A stretch of 64,000 nt of DNA, from positions 41,081 to 105,080 of the forward strand of contig JAWVEN010000032.1 in the NCBI GenBank assembly GCA_033856675.1, in the 5' to 3' direction. Source of the stretch: Gaiellales bacterium. Its GTDB lineage: Bacteria; Actinomycetota; Thermoleophilia; Gaiellales; JAICJC01. Positions 9,410-17,444 of the stretch are shown piece after piece; positions within the stretch are counted from its first letter, which is position 1; each line of letters starts with the position of its first letter. The position numbers and the translations under genes are program-made. A model generated the notes under the pieces. It was not told where the DNA came from, did not search any database, and was given only the letters and a program-made list of their open reading frames with translations.

Positions 9410-10420
9410 TTGCGGTACTCTCCACCCGAGCCAGAGGCTCGAAGGATTCCCCCTGTGCGTACTTCCACATCCTCCACCCAAGCTCATGACGCACACGACG
9501 TGTTCCGCCACGACGCCCTGATGTATGCAGGCGAGGTTGACTTCGTCAGGCAGGTGTCCGCATTCATCCGCGACGGTGTGGAAGCCGGCGAGCCGACGCT
9601 GGTCGTTGTCAGCGCGGAGAAGATCGCGGCGCTTCGGGAGGCTCTTGGCAGCGACGCGCCCAGCGTCCAGTTCGCCGACATGGGTCTCGTCGGAGACAAC
9701 CCCGCCCGGATCATCCCGGCCTGGCAGTCGTTCCTCGAGGAGCACGCAGTCGAGGGCCGGCAGGTGCGCGGCGTCGGCGAACCGATCTCCGCTGCTCGCA
9801 ACGCAGCCGAACTGATCGAATGCCAGCGGCACGAGTCGCTCTTGAACCTCGCGTTCGCCGAGAGTGGACCATGGTGGCTGATCTGTCCGTACGACACGAC
9901 GGCGCTCGACCCGGTCGTGATCGACGAGGCGCGCCGCAGCCATCCCGGTGTGATCGAGTCCGGCCTGACGAAGCTGAGCGCTGACTACCGCGGCCTCGCC
10001 GCGATCTCGGATCCGTTCGACCAGCCGCTCCCTCAGCCGACCGTCCCCGTGTCCGAGTTCCCGTTCGATGCCTCGCGGCTCGCCGATCTGCGAGTGCACG
10101 CGCGCAAGCATGCCGTCGCCGCCGGTCTGAGCGGCGACCGTGCGTCCGACTTCGTGCTGGCCGTCAGCGAGGTGGCGACGAACTCGGTCCGCCACGCGAC
10201 CGGCTCGGGGGTCGTACGGATCTGGACGGAGCCGGCAGCACTCGTATGCGAGGTACGGGACGAGGGGCAGATCACCCTGCCGCTGGTCGGCCGCCGGCGC
10301 CCGGCGCCCGACCAGGGCGGCGGCTACGGCGTGTGGCTGGTGAATCAGCTCTGCGAGCTGGTGCAGGTCCGCACGGAGCCCACGGGCAACATCGTGCGCA
10401 TGCACATGCGTCGCCCGTAG
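9410..10420 (+). CDS. MEDS sensory domain fused to an RsbW/SpoIIAB-like HATPase (anti-sigma-factor-type kinase)
   Basis: N-terminal part HDALMYAGEVDFVRQVSAFIRDGVEAGEPTLVV..WLICPYD is MEDS-like. C-terminal part EVATNSVRHA..G.V.I...........V.D.G.....GGYGVWLVNQLC is RsbW-like. Start codon uncertain: TTG 9410 or GTG 9455. Confidence 0.75.
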   Translation: MRYSPPEPEARRIPPVRTSTSSTQAHDAHDVFRHDALMYAGEVDFVRQVSAFIRDGVEAGEPTLVVVSAEKIAALREALGSDAPSVQFADMGLVGDNPARIIPAWQSFLEEHAVEGRQVRGVGEPISAARNAAELIECQRHESLLNLAFAESGPWWLICPYDTTALDPVVIDEARRSHPGVIESGLTKLSADYRGLAAISDPFDQPLPQPTVPVSEFPFDASRLADLRVHARKHAVAAGLSGDRASDFVLAVSEVATNSVRHATGSGVVRIWTEPAALVCEVRDEGQITLPLVGRRRPAPDQGGGYGVWLVNQLCELVQVRTEPTGNIVRMHMRRP

Positions 10421-10651
10421 ATCGGCGCGGCGAGATCAGCAATGTCATCCGCCGGGAGTAACCTCCTGCGTCGCTGTGGCCTCTGTATGTGAAATGCCCA
10501 TGCAGGCTGGGTCGCCGGATCGCTGAGCAGGCGTCCGTGGAGGAGGTCCTGCACACTTGTAAAGCCCAACACTCCCGGGCGTATGAAGTGCGGCGGACAT
10601 GTCACGCTCGTAGCCGACCTTGGCGACGAGGCTGACCTCACGCCGCGCCGG

Positions 10652-11194
10652 TCACGGACTCGCGGCTGCCGCCTCGCCCTTCGGCCGCTGCCACGGCCGT
10701 CTCACTCCGAACATGGGCGGCGATGGCAGGTCGCTCTTCCAGATGGCGCCGGTCACCGGAGCGGGCGCGTCGAGCAGGCGTTGCCTGCCGCGCTCCTCCA
10801 GGCTCGCCCGGTAGTGGGGCTGGATCTGTGAGCACACCACCAACAGCCCGCCCAGCACGAGCGGCGGCCCTTCCAGGTGAACGCGCCCCTCCTCGGCCAG
10901 CCGGCTGATCTCGATCGGCCCCAACTGATCCATCAAAAGGTGGTGGAGCGAGTCCGCGTCGATGGTGGCCGCCGCGCCTGGCCGAGCGTCGGGCCGGTCG
11001 ACAAGGCGCCGCTGCGCGAAGTCGACGAAGACCACGGCATCAGGGCCCGTCACGCGCAGCTCGAGCAGGGTCGGAAACTCGAGGCCGGCCGCCGCCTCTC
11101 CGAGCGCGATGCCCTCCTCGGACTCGAGAAAGCGTGAGATGAACGCCGACAACTCCTCCGTTGCCTCCGCGGAATCCAGGAACACCGGTGACAT
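10652..11194 (-). CDS. SCP2/sterol-carrier-like or hypothetical protein, translationally coupled to the Rieske oxygenase
   Basis: ATGA overlap with the upstream stop at 11194. About 180 aa with good codon bias. Weak resemblance to SCP2 domains (..LELRVTGPDAVVFVDF...ATIDADSLHHLLMDQLGPIE..). Function unsupported. Confidence 0.55.
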   Translation of the reverse strand: MSPVFLDSAEATEELSAFISRFLESEEGIALGEAAAGLEFPTLLELRVTGPDAVVFVDFAQRRLVDRPDARPGAAATIDADSLHHLLMDQLGPIEISRLAEEGRVHLEGPPLVLGGLLVVCSQIQPHYRASLEERGRQRLLDAPAPVTGAIWKSDLPSPPMFGVRRPWQRPKGEAAAASP

Positions 11195-12429
11195 CACTCC
11201 CCCTCCGCGCCGGTGTGCGCCCGGTGACCGTTCCCCGAGCCGTTCGTATGCGCGTGCTCGGTCTGCCATGCCCTCAGGTGCGGCTGCATATGGCGGCTGA
11301 GCAGCTGATGGAAATGGTGCAGGCAGATCTCCTGGTCGGCGTTGTAACGCCCCTGGTGATAGACGCTCGAGCGCATTCCGCGCTGCGCCTGCTCGCAGAT
11401 CTCGTAGTCCTCCGTGTTGATCACATGGCCGAAGTTGACGAGCGCCGCCTGGAGAAGCTTGTCCTGGAAGTCCGTCGCCTTCGGCATCCACCACAGGAAC
11501 GTGGACTCGGTGCGCTCCGGCTCGACCGGCCGGATCATGAACATGAGAATCCCGTCCGGCATGAAGTTGACGGTGGTCAGCGGGAAGACCCAGTTGAAGT
11601 AGTACCCAGAGCTCTCCTGCTCGTCGAGGCCCCTCATCGGCGGCTTCAGGCGCCGGAACTCCTGAGTCCCACCGAGGATGCCCGCCACACGTGAGCCCGG
11701 ACCGCGGGGGTGCGGCTCACCGCCGTACTGCACGTTCGTGTACGTCCCCAGCTCATAGGTGTAGACCGTCGGGCTGAGGCCCAGCGCGAGCCCGGGGTGA
11801 ATGAAGGGGATGTGGTAGCCCTCCATGTAGTTGTCGACGTACAGCTTCCAGTTGCAGTCGATCGTCCATCGCCGCCCACCGATGAACTCGAGCTCGTCGA
11901 CGTGATAGTTCGCGAGGCGCGGAGTGATGTCGCTGAGCCAGTCCGAGAGCGGTGGCGTCGCCTCTTCGAGTGTGACCCAGACGCTCGGGCCCCACTCCTC
12001 GACGCGGAACTGCGGCAGCTTCATCTTCGAGCCGTCGAATCCCTCGGTTGTCTCCATGCCCTGCGCGCGGCGAAGCCGGCCGTCGAGCTCGAACATCCAA
12101 CCGTGATACGGGCACTGAAACGCGTTGCGCTGACCACAGCCCACGGCCACCGGCCCCGCGCGATGGAGGCAGACATTCGACATCGCCCGAAGGTCGCCGT
12201 CGCGGCCTCGGACGACCACGACCTGCTCGTTGGCGACCGTCGTCGTGAAGAACATTCCGGGCTCGCGCACCTCATGCGCCGAGCCGACGCAGTGCCAGAC
12301 ATCGCGCATCAGCGTCCGCTGCTCGAGCTCGAACAACTCACGCGAGGTGTACCAGTCACTCGGCAGGGTTCCCGAGTGGCCTACTCCGTGATCCTCCCAG
12401 ACCGACACCGGGCCCAGCATCGCGGTCAT
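11194..12429 (-). CDS. Rieske [2Fe-2S] non-heme-iron oxygenase alpha subunit (ring-hydroxylating/demethylase type)
   Basis: Rieske motif CLHRAGPV..-CPYHGW and mononuclear iron motif NYMEGYHIPFIHP. GGAGGAG RBS before the ATG at 12429. Confidence 0.9.
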   Translation of the reverse strand: MTAMLGPVSVWEDHGVGHSGTLPSDWYTSRELFELEQRTLMRDVWHCVGSAHEVREPGMFFTTTVANEQVVVVRGRDGDLRAMSNVCLHRAGPVAVGCGQRNAFQCPYHGWMFELDGRLRRAQGMETTEGFDGSKMKLPQFRVEEWGPSVWVTLEEATPPLSDWLSDITPRLANYHVDELEFIGGRRWTIDCNWKLYVDNYMEGYHIPFIHPGLALGLSPTVYTYELGTYTNVQYGGEPHPRGPGSRVAGILGGTQEFRRLKPPMRGLDEQESSGYYFNWVFPLTTVNFMPDGILMFMIRPVEPERTESTFLWWMPKATDFQDKLLQAALVNFGHVINTEDYEICEQAQRGMRSSVYHQGRYNADQEICLHHFHQLLSRHMQPHLRAWQTEHAHTNGSGNGHRAHTGAEGE

Positions 12430-12572
12430 CACAACTCTCCTCCTCAGGTGACGCGGTAGGTGCGAGCATGACCAGCGGAATACAGCATGACAACGGCAAA
12501 AACCTACGCAATGCGCAGCATGCAGGCGTAAAGTTTGCGCAAACTCCGGCCGCCCGGTATGTTCGGCGCGTA
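12430..12572. promoter_or_regulatory. divergent promoter/operator region between the Rieske oxygenase and the Lrp regulator
   Basis: 143-bp non-coding gap between two divergent starts. No specific box identified. Confidence 0.3.
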
Positions 12573-13052
12573 GTGAAAATCTCGCTCGACAGCGTCGACC
12601 GCGCCATCCTGGAGGGCCTCCAGGACGACGGCCGCCGGTCGTACCGCCAGATCGCTCGTGACGTCGGCGTCTCGGAGGGCACGGTGCGGACACGTGTCCG
12701 GCGGCTGGAGGACGCCGGGGTCCTGCGTGTGATCGCGTTCGTCGACCCCTCACGCCTGGGCAACTCCGTGCTCGCGCTGGTCTTCGTGCGCGTCTCGACC
12801 GCGCAGCACGGTGCAGTGGTGAAGGCGCTGGCGGAGCTCCCCGAAGCGACATATGTCTCGAGCCTGGTGGGACGGGCCGACGTCTATATCCAGATCATCT
12901 GCCGCGACAACGAGGCGCTCTGGAAGCTGGTCAGCGAGATCCGCAGCCTCTCCGGCGTCCTCGAGACCGAGACGATGCTGGAGATGGCCGTGCACAAGTT
13001 CACCTATCGCGACTCGGCCGCTGCGGCCGCCTCGTGGCAGCAGGACGCTTAA
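12573..13052 (+). CDS. Lrp/AsnC family transcriptional regulator
   Basis: LDSVDRAILEGLQDDGRRSYRQIARDVGVSEGTVRTRVRRLEDAGVL (HTH) followed by an ACT-like RAM domain. GTG 12573 gives a typical ~159 aa; the ORF's first start at 12468 is less likely. Confidence 0.85.
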   Translation: MKISLDSVDRAILEGLQDDGRRSYRQIARDVGVSEGTVRTRVRRLEDAGVLRVIAFVDPSRLGNSVLALVFVRVSTAQHGAVVKALAELPEATYVSSLVGRADVYIQIICRDNEALWKLVSEIRSLSGVLETETMLEMAVHKFTYRDSAAAAASWQQDA

Positions 13053-13057
13053 CGCAC

Positions 13058-13091
13058 GCCGGCCGGCAAGCGACGCATGTCGCCGGCCGGC
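13058..13091. terminator. GC hairpin between convergent genes
   Basis: gccggccggc ... gccggccggc (self-complementary 10-mers) separated by 14 nt, between the stops at 13052 (+) and 13116 (-). Confidence 0.4.
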
Positions 13092-13115
13092 CGGTTGGGC
13101 GTACCCCCGTCTATT

Positions 13116-13958
13116 TCAAGACTTGACGATGACCGTGCCCTTCATTCCGGGGTGCACCGCGCAGAAGTAGTGATACGTGCCGGGTCTCCGGAAGGCCATC
13201 TCGAAACGGGAGTTGGAGTTGAGTGTCCTGGAGGCGAAGCCGCCCCCCTGCTCTGTCACCGTGTGGGGTGCAGCGTCGTGGTTGACCCATGTGATGCTCC
13301 GACCCTTCTGAACGGTCATCACAGCGGGCTGGTATTCGAAGCCGGTGATGTCGACGGCGGACGAACCCGCCGTCGGCTTTGAACGCTTGGCGAGCGGGGC
13401 GCCGCGCCTGACCTCGAGCATCGCGCGCATCCCCATGTTGTCGTGCTCCCCGACGTAGCACTCGAGCTCGTAGATCCCCTCGCCCAGGCGGACCTTCACA
13501 CGCATGGTCTGACCCGGCTGGAGCAACCGCCATTCGAGCTCGGTGCCGTCGTCGCTTTCGCTCTTCAGCTCGAAGCCGTGCACCTGCGTGCCCTTGTTCG
13601 CGATCACGAGGGTGACGAGGCCGGGCCGGATGATCTTCGCCTCGGGCGCCACCGTCCACTCGCCCATCGTGATCTCGAAGCCGCCGGCCCGCACATCGAC
13701 GCGAGTGGACCCCTGAGAGGCCGTGTCCGCCGAGTTGCCTGTATCGCCGTGCCCGGAGCCTGAGGTACTTCCGGCGCTCTGGGACTTCGCCTCGGCGGGG
13801 AATCCGGCTCCGGGGTCATCCCCGGAGCCGGTCGAGCCGCCGCAGGACGCCCCGAGGACGAGCATCGCGAGCACGAGGGGGATGCTGATCACCAGCATCT
13901 GCCTGACCTGAGTCCTGGGCTCAGCCTTCCGCTCGATGTGTCGTTCGGGTGTCCTCAT
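13116..13958 (-). CDS. lipoprotein with two cupredoxin (blue-copper) domains
   Basis: Lipobox LVLGASCGG. Domain 1 has VHGFEL..YELECYVGEHDNMGM (His/Cys/His/Met ligands). Domain 2 has APHTV..YHYFCAVHPGMKG (plastocyanin/amicyanin-like). Alternative start at 13898. Confidence 0.85.
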   Translation of the reverse strand: MRTPERHIERKAEPRTQVRQMLVISIPLVLAMLVLGASCGGSTGSGDDPGAGFPAEAKSQSAGSTSGSGHGDTGNSADTASQGSTRVDVRAGGFEITMGEWTVAPEAKIIRPGLVTLVIANKGTQVHGFELKSESDDGTELEWRLLQPGQTMRVKVRLGEGIYELECYVGEHDNMGMRAMLEVRRGAPLAKRSKPTAGSSAVDITGFEYQPAVMTVQKGRSITWVNHDAAPHTVTEQGGGFASRTLNSNSRFEMAFRRPGTYHYFCAVHPGMKGTVIVKS

Positions 13959-13997
13959 TGACGTCTGTCTCCTTGCGTCGTCGTCGGTCGCTGGTGG

Positions 13998-14537
13998 TCA
14001 GTCGTCGTTGCCGTGGCCGGAGTCGTCGCCCCCACCGTCGTCGTCGCCGCCACCGTGGCCGCTGTTGTCATCGCTGCCATGGCCGGAGTTGTCGTCGCCG
14101 CCGTTGTCATCGCTGCCGTGGCCGGAGTTGTCGTCGCGGCCGTTGTCGTCGTTGTCGTCGTCACGGCCCGCGCCGGCACCGGTGCACTCGGGATCGTTGG
14201 CGTGCTCGGCCTCGTCGCAGTTGCCCGAGATGTCGCCGGGAGCGTCATCCGACGTCGTTCCGCCGCCGGTAGTGCCACCGCCCGTGGTGCCGCCACCCGT
14301 CGAGCCGCCACCGGCGACGCCGGTGCACTCGGGATCATTGGCGTGCTCGGCTTCGTCGCAGTTGCCCGAGATGTCGACGCCTGTGGACGACGTCGTGCCG
14401 CCCGTCGTCGCGGTCGACCCCGTCGTGCCGCTCGAGTCGTCGCTGCTCGAGCCGCCCGTGGCGGCGAAGCTGACACCGACGCCGAGGATCACGAACCCGA
14501 GCAACATGAGAATGAAAAACCTTCCGAACCGATTCAT
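13998..14537 (-). CDS. small secreted protein with two copies of DISGNCDEAEHANDPECTG and an Asp/Asn/Gly/Ser/His-rich C-terminal tail; unknown family
   Basis: GGGAGG RBS before the ATG at 14537. Signal peptide MNRFGRFFILMLLGFVILGVGVSFA. Ser/Thr/Gly linkers. Tail is DDNSGHGSDDNGGDDNSGHGSDDNSGHGGGDDDGGGDDSGHGNDD. Confidence 0.7.
   Translation of the reverse strand: MNRFGRFFILMLLGFVILGVGVSFAATGGSSSDDSSGTTGSTATTGGTTSSTGVDISGNCDEAEHANDPECTGVAGGGSTGGGTTGGGTTGGGTTSDDAPGDISGNCDEAEHANDPECTGAGAGRDDDNDDNGRDDNSGHGSDDNGGDDNSGHGSDDNSGHGGGDDDGGGDDSGHGNDD
14179..14376 (-). repeat. intragenic 57-nt direct duplication (14179..14235 and 14320..14376, 2 mismatches) encoding the CDEAEHANDPEC motif
   Basis: ccggtgcactcgggatc(g/a)ttggcgtgctcggc(c/t)tcgtcgcagttgcccgagatgtcg read twice directly in the sequence. 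Confidence 0.85.
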
Positions 14538-14807
14538 TGCTTGCCTCCCAGTAGACCTTGTGAACTTGCTGTGCTCACAGGCTACGAGGCGGTCTCCCAA
14601 GCGCGCCTCCCGCGGAGGTCAAGGTTTCGCGGCCGAAAGGTAAAGACACGTCCAAGAGGGCGAGACGGCGCGAACAACCGCAGGTCCGGTCGCCTCCGGG
14701 CGGGCATGCTCAGTGACACGGCCGCGCTCACAGGAGAATCGTTCGGTTACGTCGCCCGCGCCGCGGCGGCGTGCCTCTCAGAATGCCCGCGAATCCCCCG
14801 CCGGGGA

Positions 14808-15209
14808 TCAGTCGTCGTCGCCGGACCCGTGACCGCTGGAGTCGTCGCTTCCGCCGGAGCCCTTGCCGCTCGAATCGTCACTGCCACCGCTGCCGTGGCC
14901 ACTGGGGTCATCATCGGTGGAAGAGCCCGAGGTGGATACTCCACCGGAGGTCGACGACGGAGGCGCCGTCTTGCCCGTGCATTCCGGGTCGTTCTTGTGC
15001 TCGCGCTCCTTACACCGATCGCGTTTCGTCGTCTCGGCCTTGTCCTTCGTGGCGCGCGGCTGGGTGGACGCCTTGCCAACGGATGCGATCGATTCGGCTG
15101 CCGGCACAGATGCCAATGTCTGGCCGGCGGTCAGGTAGACGGCAAGAGCCAGGCCGAGCGGAAGAGCCAGGCCGGCGAGGCTGAGCAGGATCAACGCACC
15201 ACGTTTCAC
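14808..15209 (-). CDS. small secreted/membrane-anchored paralogue-like protein with one CKEREHKNDPECTG motif and an SGHGSG/Asp-rich tail
   Basis: GTG start inferred at 15209 (VKRGALILLSLAGLALPLGLALAVYLTAG). Tail is DDDPSGHGSGGSDDSSGKGSGGSDDSSGHGSGDDD. No clear RBS, so the start is uncertain. Confidence 0.55.
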   Translation of the reverse strand: MKRGALILLSLAGLALPLGLALAVYLTAGQTLASVPAAESIASVGKASTQPRATKDKAETTKRDRCKEREHKNDPECTGKTAPPSSTSGGVSTSGSSTDDDPSGHGSGGSDDSSGKGSGGSDDSSGHGSGDDD

Positions 15210-15255
15210 ACTCTGACGGTAGCAGCCGTTGTCTTCAGGATTGGTAAAGACGCGG

Positions 15256-16680
15256 TCAGCGGTTGGCAGGAGGCTGCGGGAAGTCGATCTCGACCCGCAT
15301 GCCGGGCCCGTCGCCAAGACGCACCCGCCCTTGCCAGCGCTCCGCCAGCTCGAGCACGATGGGAAGGCCAAGGCCCGTCCCCGGCCCTGCTTGGCGGCCA
15401 TTTGAGCCTCGATAGAACCGCTCGAAGATCCGTGGCCGGTCATCGGGCGCGATGCCCGGCCCGTTGTCCTCCACCGCCAGGGTGATGCGCCCGTCGTGCG
15501 GGAGGGCCTCGACCATGATCTGGCTCCCAACCGGCGCATAGCGAATGGCGTTCTCGATCAGGTTGTCGAGGATGTGGGCGACGTCGGCGGGCTCGGCCCA
15601 CACCATGGCCGGCGGGTCGGCGGCGACCACTGCGATCTCATGGCCGCTGATCTCGACGGGACCCGCCCACCGCTTCACTGCCACCCGCGCGGCGTCCGAC
15701 ACGTCGACGATGCCGCCGCTTGCCTCTGTGGCAGACGCGCGCGCGAGCGCGAGCAGGTCGTCGACCAGCGAGCTGAGGCGGTCGACCTCGGTCTCGGCCT
15801 TCGCCGCCTCCTCTCCGACCTCTCCGCCTTCGGCCTGGATCGCCTCCAGGCGGAGCTTGATGCCTGTCAGCGGTGTGCGCAGCTGGTGCGAGGCGTTCGC
15901 GATGAAGTCGCGCTGCGCATCCAGGTTCGCGCCCAGCGCGCGAGCCATCTGGTTGAAGGACTTGCCGACGGCCACGAGCTCGCGAGGCCCCTCCGGCTCG
16001 ACTCGGGTGTCAAGCTCCCCACGGCCGAGCCGCGTTGCAGCGCGTCCCAGCCGCTCCAGCGGCCTGGCCAGCTGGCCGGCCAGCACCCACGCCAGAACCA
16101 GTCCTGCAACCACGACCGCGAGCCCGATGGCGCCGAGCCGCAGCCAGCTCGAGCGGACGTCCGCGCGCACCTCACCCATCGGCGCCGAAACGCGCACCGC
16201 CCCGACGACGTTGCCCTGGTCGACGACGGGCACCGTGACGAGCACGAGCTCCTCGCCCAGCGACTCGCTCTGCCGCCGGCGAGTGTCCACCCTCCCGTCG
16301 AGTGCGACCCCCATCTCGGGGCGATCCGGCGTGGCATATGCGTCGCCCACGTCGGCGACGCCGGAGCTGTCGACCAGCAGCGCTCCCGTGTCGTCGGTGA
16401 CGATCACTCGCCCCTGCTCCGCCACACCCGACGCCTGCGCCCTGGCGAGGATGGCCTTGCGCGCAGCGGCCTGCTGCTTGGCCGTCGCGGTCGTGCTCGC
16501 GGCGGTGACGACCTGATCGGCGCTGCTTGCCGCAAAGAGGGCCGCGTTCCCGAGCACCGCCGCCTCGAACTCCGACGATGCGCGGCGGTCGACGTTCAGC
16601 GCCAGCGGAATCTCGAGCGCGAGGACGACCGCCCCCAGCAAGTAGGCGGCCGCGAGGACGACGCGTGTCCGGAAGCTCAT
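15256..16680 (-). CDS. sensor histidine kinase (TM - extracytoplasmic domain - TM - HAMP - HisKA - HATPase)
   Basis: H-box SHQLRTPLTGI, N-box DNLIENAIRYAP, G-boxes DNGPGI and GTGLGLPIV. Confidence 0.9.
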   Translation of the reverse strand: MSFRTRVVLAAAYLLGAVVLALEIPLALNVDRRASSEFEAAVLGNAALFAASSADQVVTAASTTATAKQQAAARKAILARAQASGVAEQGRVIVTDDTGALLVDSSGVADVGDAYATPDRPEMGVALDGRVDTRRRQSESLGEELVLVTVPVVDQGNVVGAVRVSAPMGEVRADVRSSWLRLGAIGLAVVVAGLVLAWVLAGQLARPLERLGRAATRLGRGELDTRVEPEGPRELVAVGKSFNQMARALGANLDAQRDFIANASHQLRTPLTGIKLRLEAIQAEGGEVGEEAAKAETEVDRLSSLVDDLLALARASATEASGGIVDVSDAARVAVKRWAGPVEISGHEIAVVAADPPAMVWAEPADVAHILDNLIENAIRYAPVGSQIMVEALPHDGRITLAVEDNGPGIAPDDRPRIFERFYRGSNGRQAGPGTGLGLPIVLELAERWQGRVRLGDGPGMRVEIDFPQPPANR

Positions 16681-17387
16681 TCCGAGTCGTCCGCACCGGC
16701 GAAGCGAAAGCCGACGCCGCGGATCGTGTGGATGTACCGCGGCTCGGCCGGATCGTCACCGAGCTTCTTTCGCAGCGCGCTGATGTGAACGTCGAGCGTC
16801 TTCGTCGGCCCGAACCAGTTGGAGTCCCACACCTCGCGGATCAAGTCGTCACGCTTGACAACCTTGCCTGCCCGGGACAGCAGCACGCGGAGCACCTCGA
16901 ATTCTTTCACCGTCAGCTCGAGCCGCTCCCCGGACCTGGACGCCAGGTGGGTCTCCAGGTCCATGCGCACGTCGGACACCTCGAGCAGGCTGGAGCCGTC
17001 GTCGGCGGCCGGCGTCGACTCGTCCGTCCGCCGGAGCACGGCACGTACCCGGGCGATCAACTCCGCAGCGCTGAACGGCTTGGTGACGTAGTCGTCAGCA
17101 CCGAGCTCAAGCCCGAGGACGCGATCCATCTCCTCACCGCGCGCCGTCAGCATCACCACCGGCAGACGGGAAGTGGCGCGGATGTGCCGCAGCAGGTCGC
17201 GGCCGTCGCCGTCCGGCAGCATCACGTCCAGCAGCACCAGGTCGGGCGAGCACGCCTCCAGCAGCTCGAGACCTTTGGCGGCCGTCGACGCGACAACGGG
17301 CTCGAACCCTTCCCGGGCCAGTGCAGCGGCAAGCGGTTCGGAGATCGCCTGCTCGTCCTCGATCAACAGAATGGTTCGTTTGGTCAT
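16677..17387 (-). CDS. OmpR/PhoB-family response regulator
   Basis: Receiver domain (ILLIEDE..LVLLDVMLPDGDG..KPF) plus winged-helix domain (LTVKEFEVL..TLDVHISALRKKL..IHTIRGVGFRF). ATGA overlap with the kinase gene. Confidence 0.95.
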   Translation of the reverse strand: MTKRTILLIEDEQAISEPLAAALAREGFEPVVASTAAKGLELLEACSPDLVLLDVMLPDGDGRDLLRHIRATSRLPVVMLTARGEEMDRVLGLELGADDYVTKPFSAAELIARVRAVLRRTDESTPAADDGSSLLEVSDVRMDLETHLASRSGERLELTVKEFEVLRVLLSRAGKVVKRDDLIREVWDSNWFGPTKTLDVHISALRKKLGDDPAEPRYIHTIRGVGFRFAGADDSE

Positions 17388-17444
17388 CCGTCGCCTACGC
17401 TCGTACTCGTGAGAATCGTAGCGACGGGGGCGGAGTTGCAGGGC

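Noticed and set aside
10421-10651. 231-bp convergent intergenic region with locally lower GC (..ctctgtatgtgaaatgcccatgcagg.., ..cacacttgtaaagcccaacactc..), as a possible sRNA or small ORF. Track ORFs 10345..10641(-) and 10583..10831(+) lie here.
   Set aside because: The ORF translations look non-protein-like. I see no promoter/terminator pair or conserved structure that would support an RNA gene.
13990-14400. Repetitive DNA that could be mistaken for a CRISPR-like or minisatellite array.
   Set aside because: The repeats are in frame inside a well-supported small ORF and encode peptide repeats. There is no repeat-spacer regularity and there are no cas genes.
14559-14579. TGTGA-N11-TCACA palindrome 22 nt upstream of the small secreted protein gene.
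   Set aside because: The spacing does not fit CRP/FNR-type sites (N6). OmpR-type regulators usually bind direct repeats. It may be an operator, but I cannot support that from sequence alone.
14783-14806. Short hairpin (atcccc-cgcc-ggggat) just after the stop of the second small-protein gene, as a possible terminator.
   Set aside because: The stem is only 6 bp, with no U-tract. Such stems are frequent by chance in GC-rich DNA, so I did not list it as a feature.
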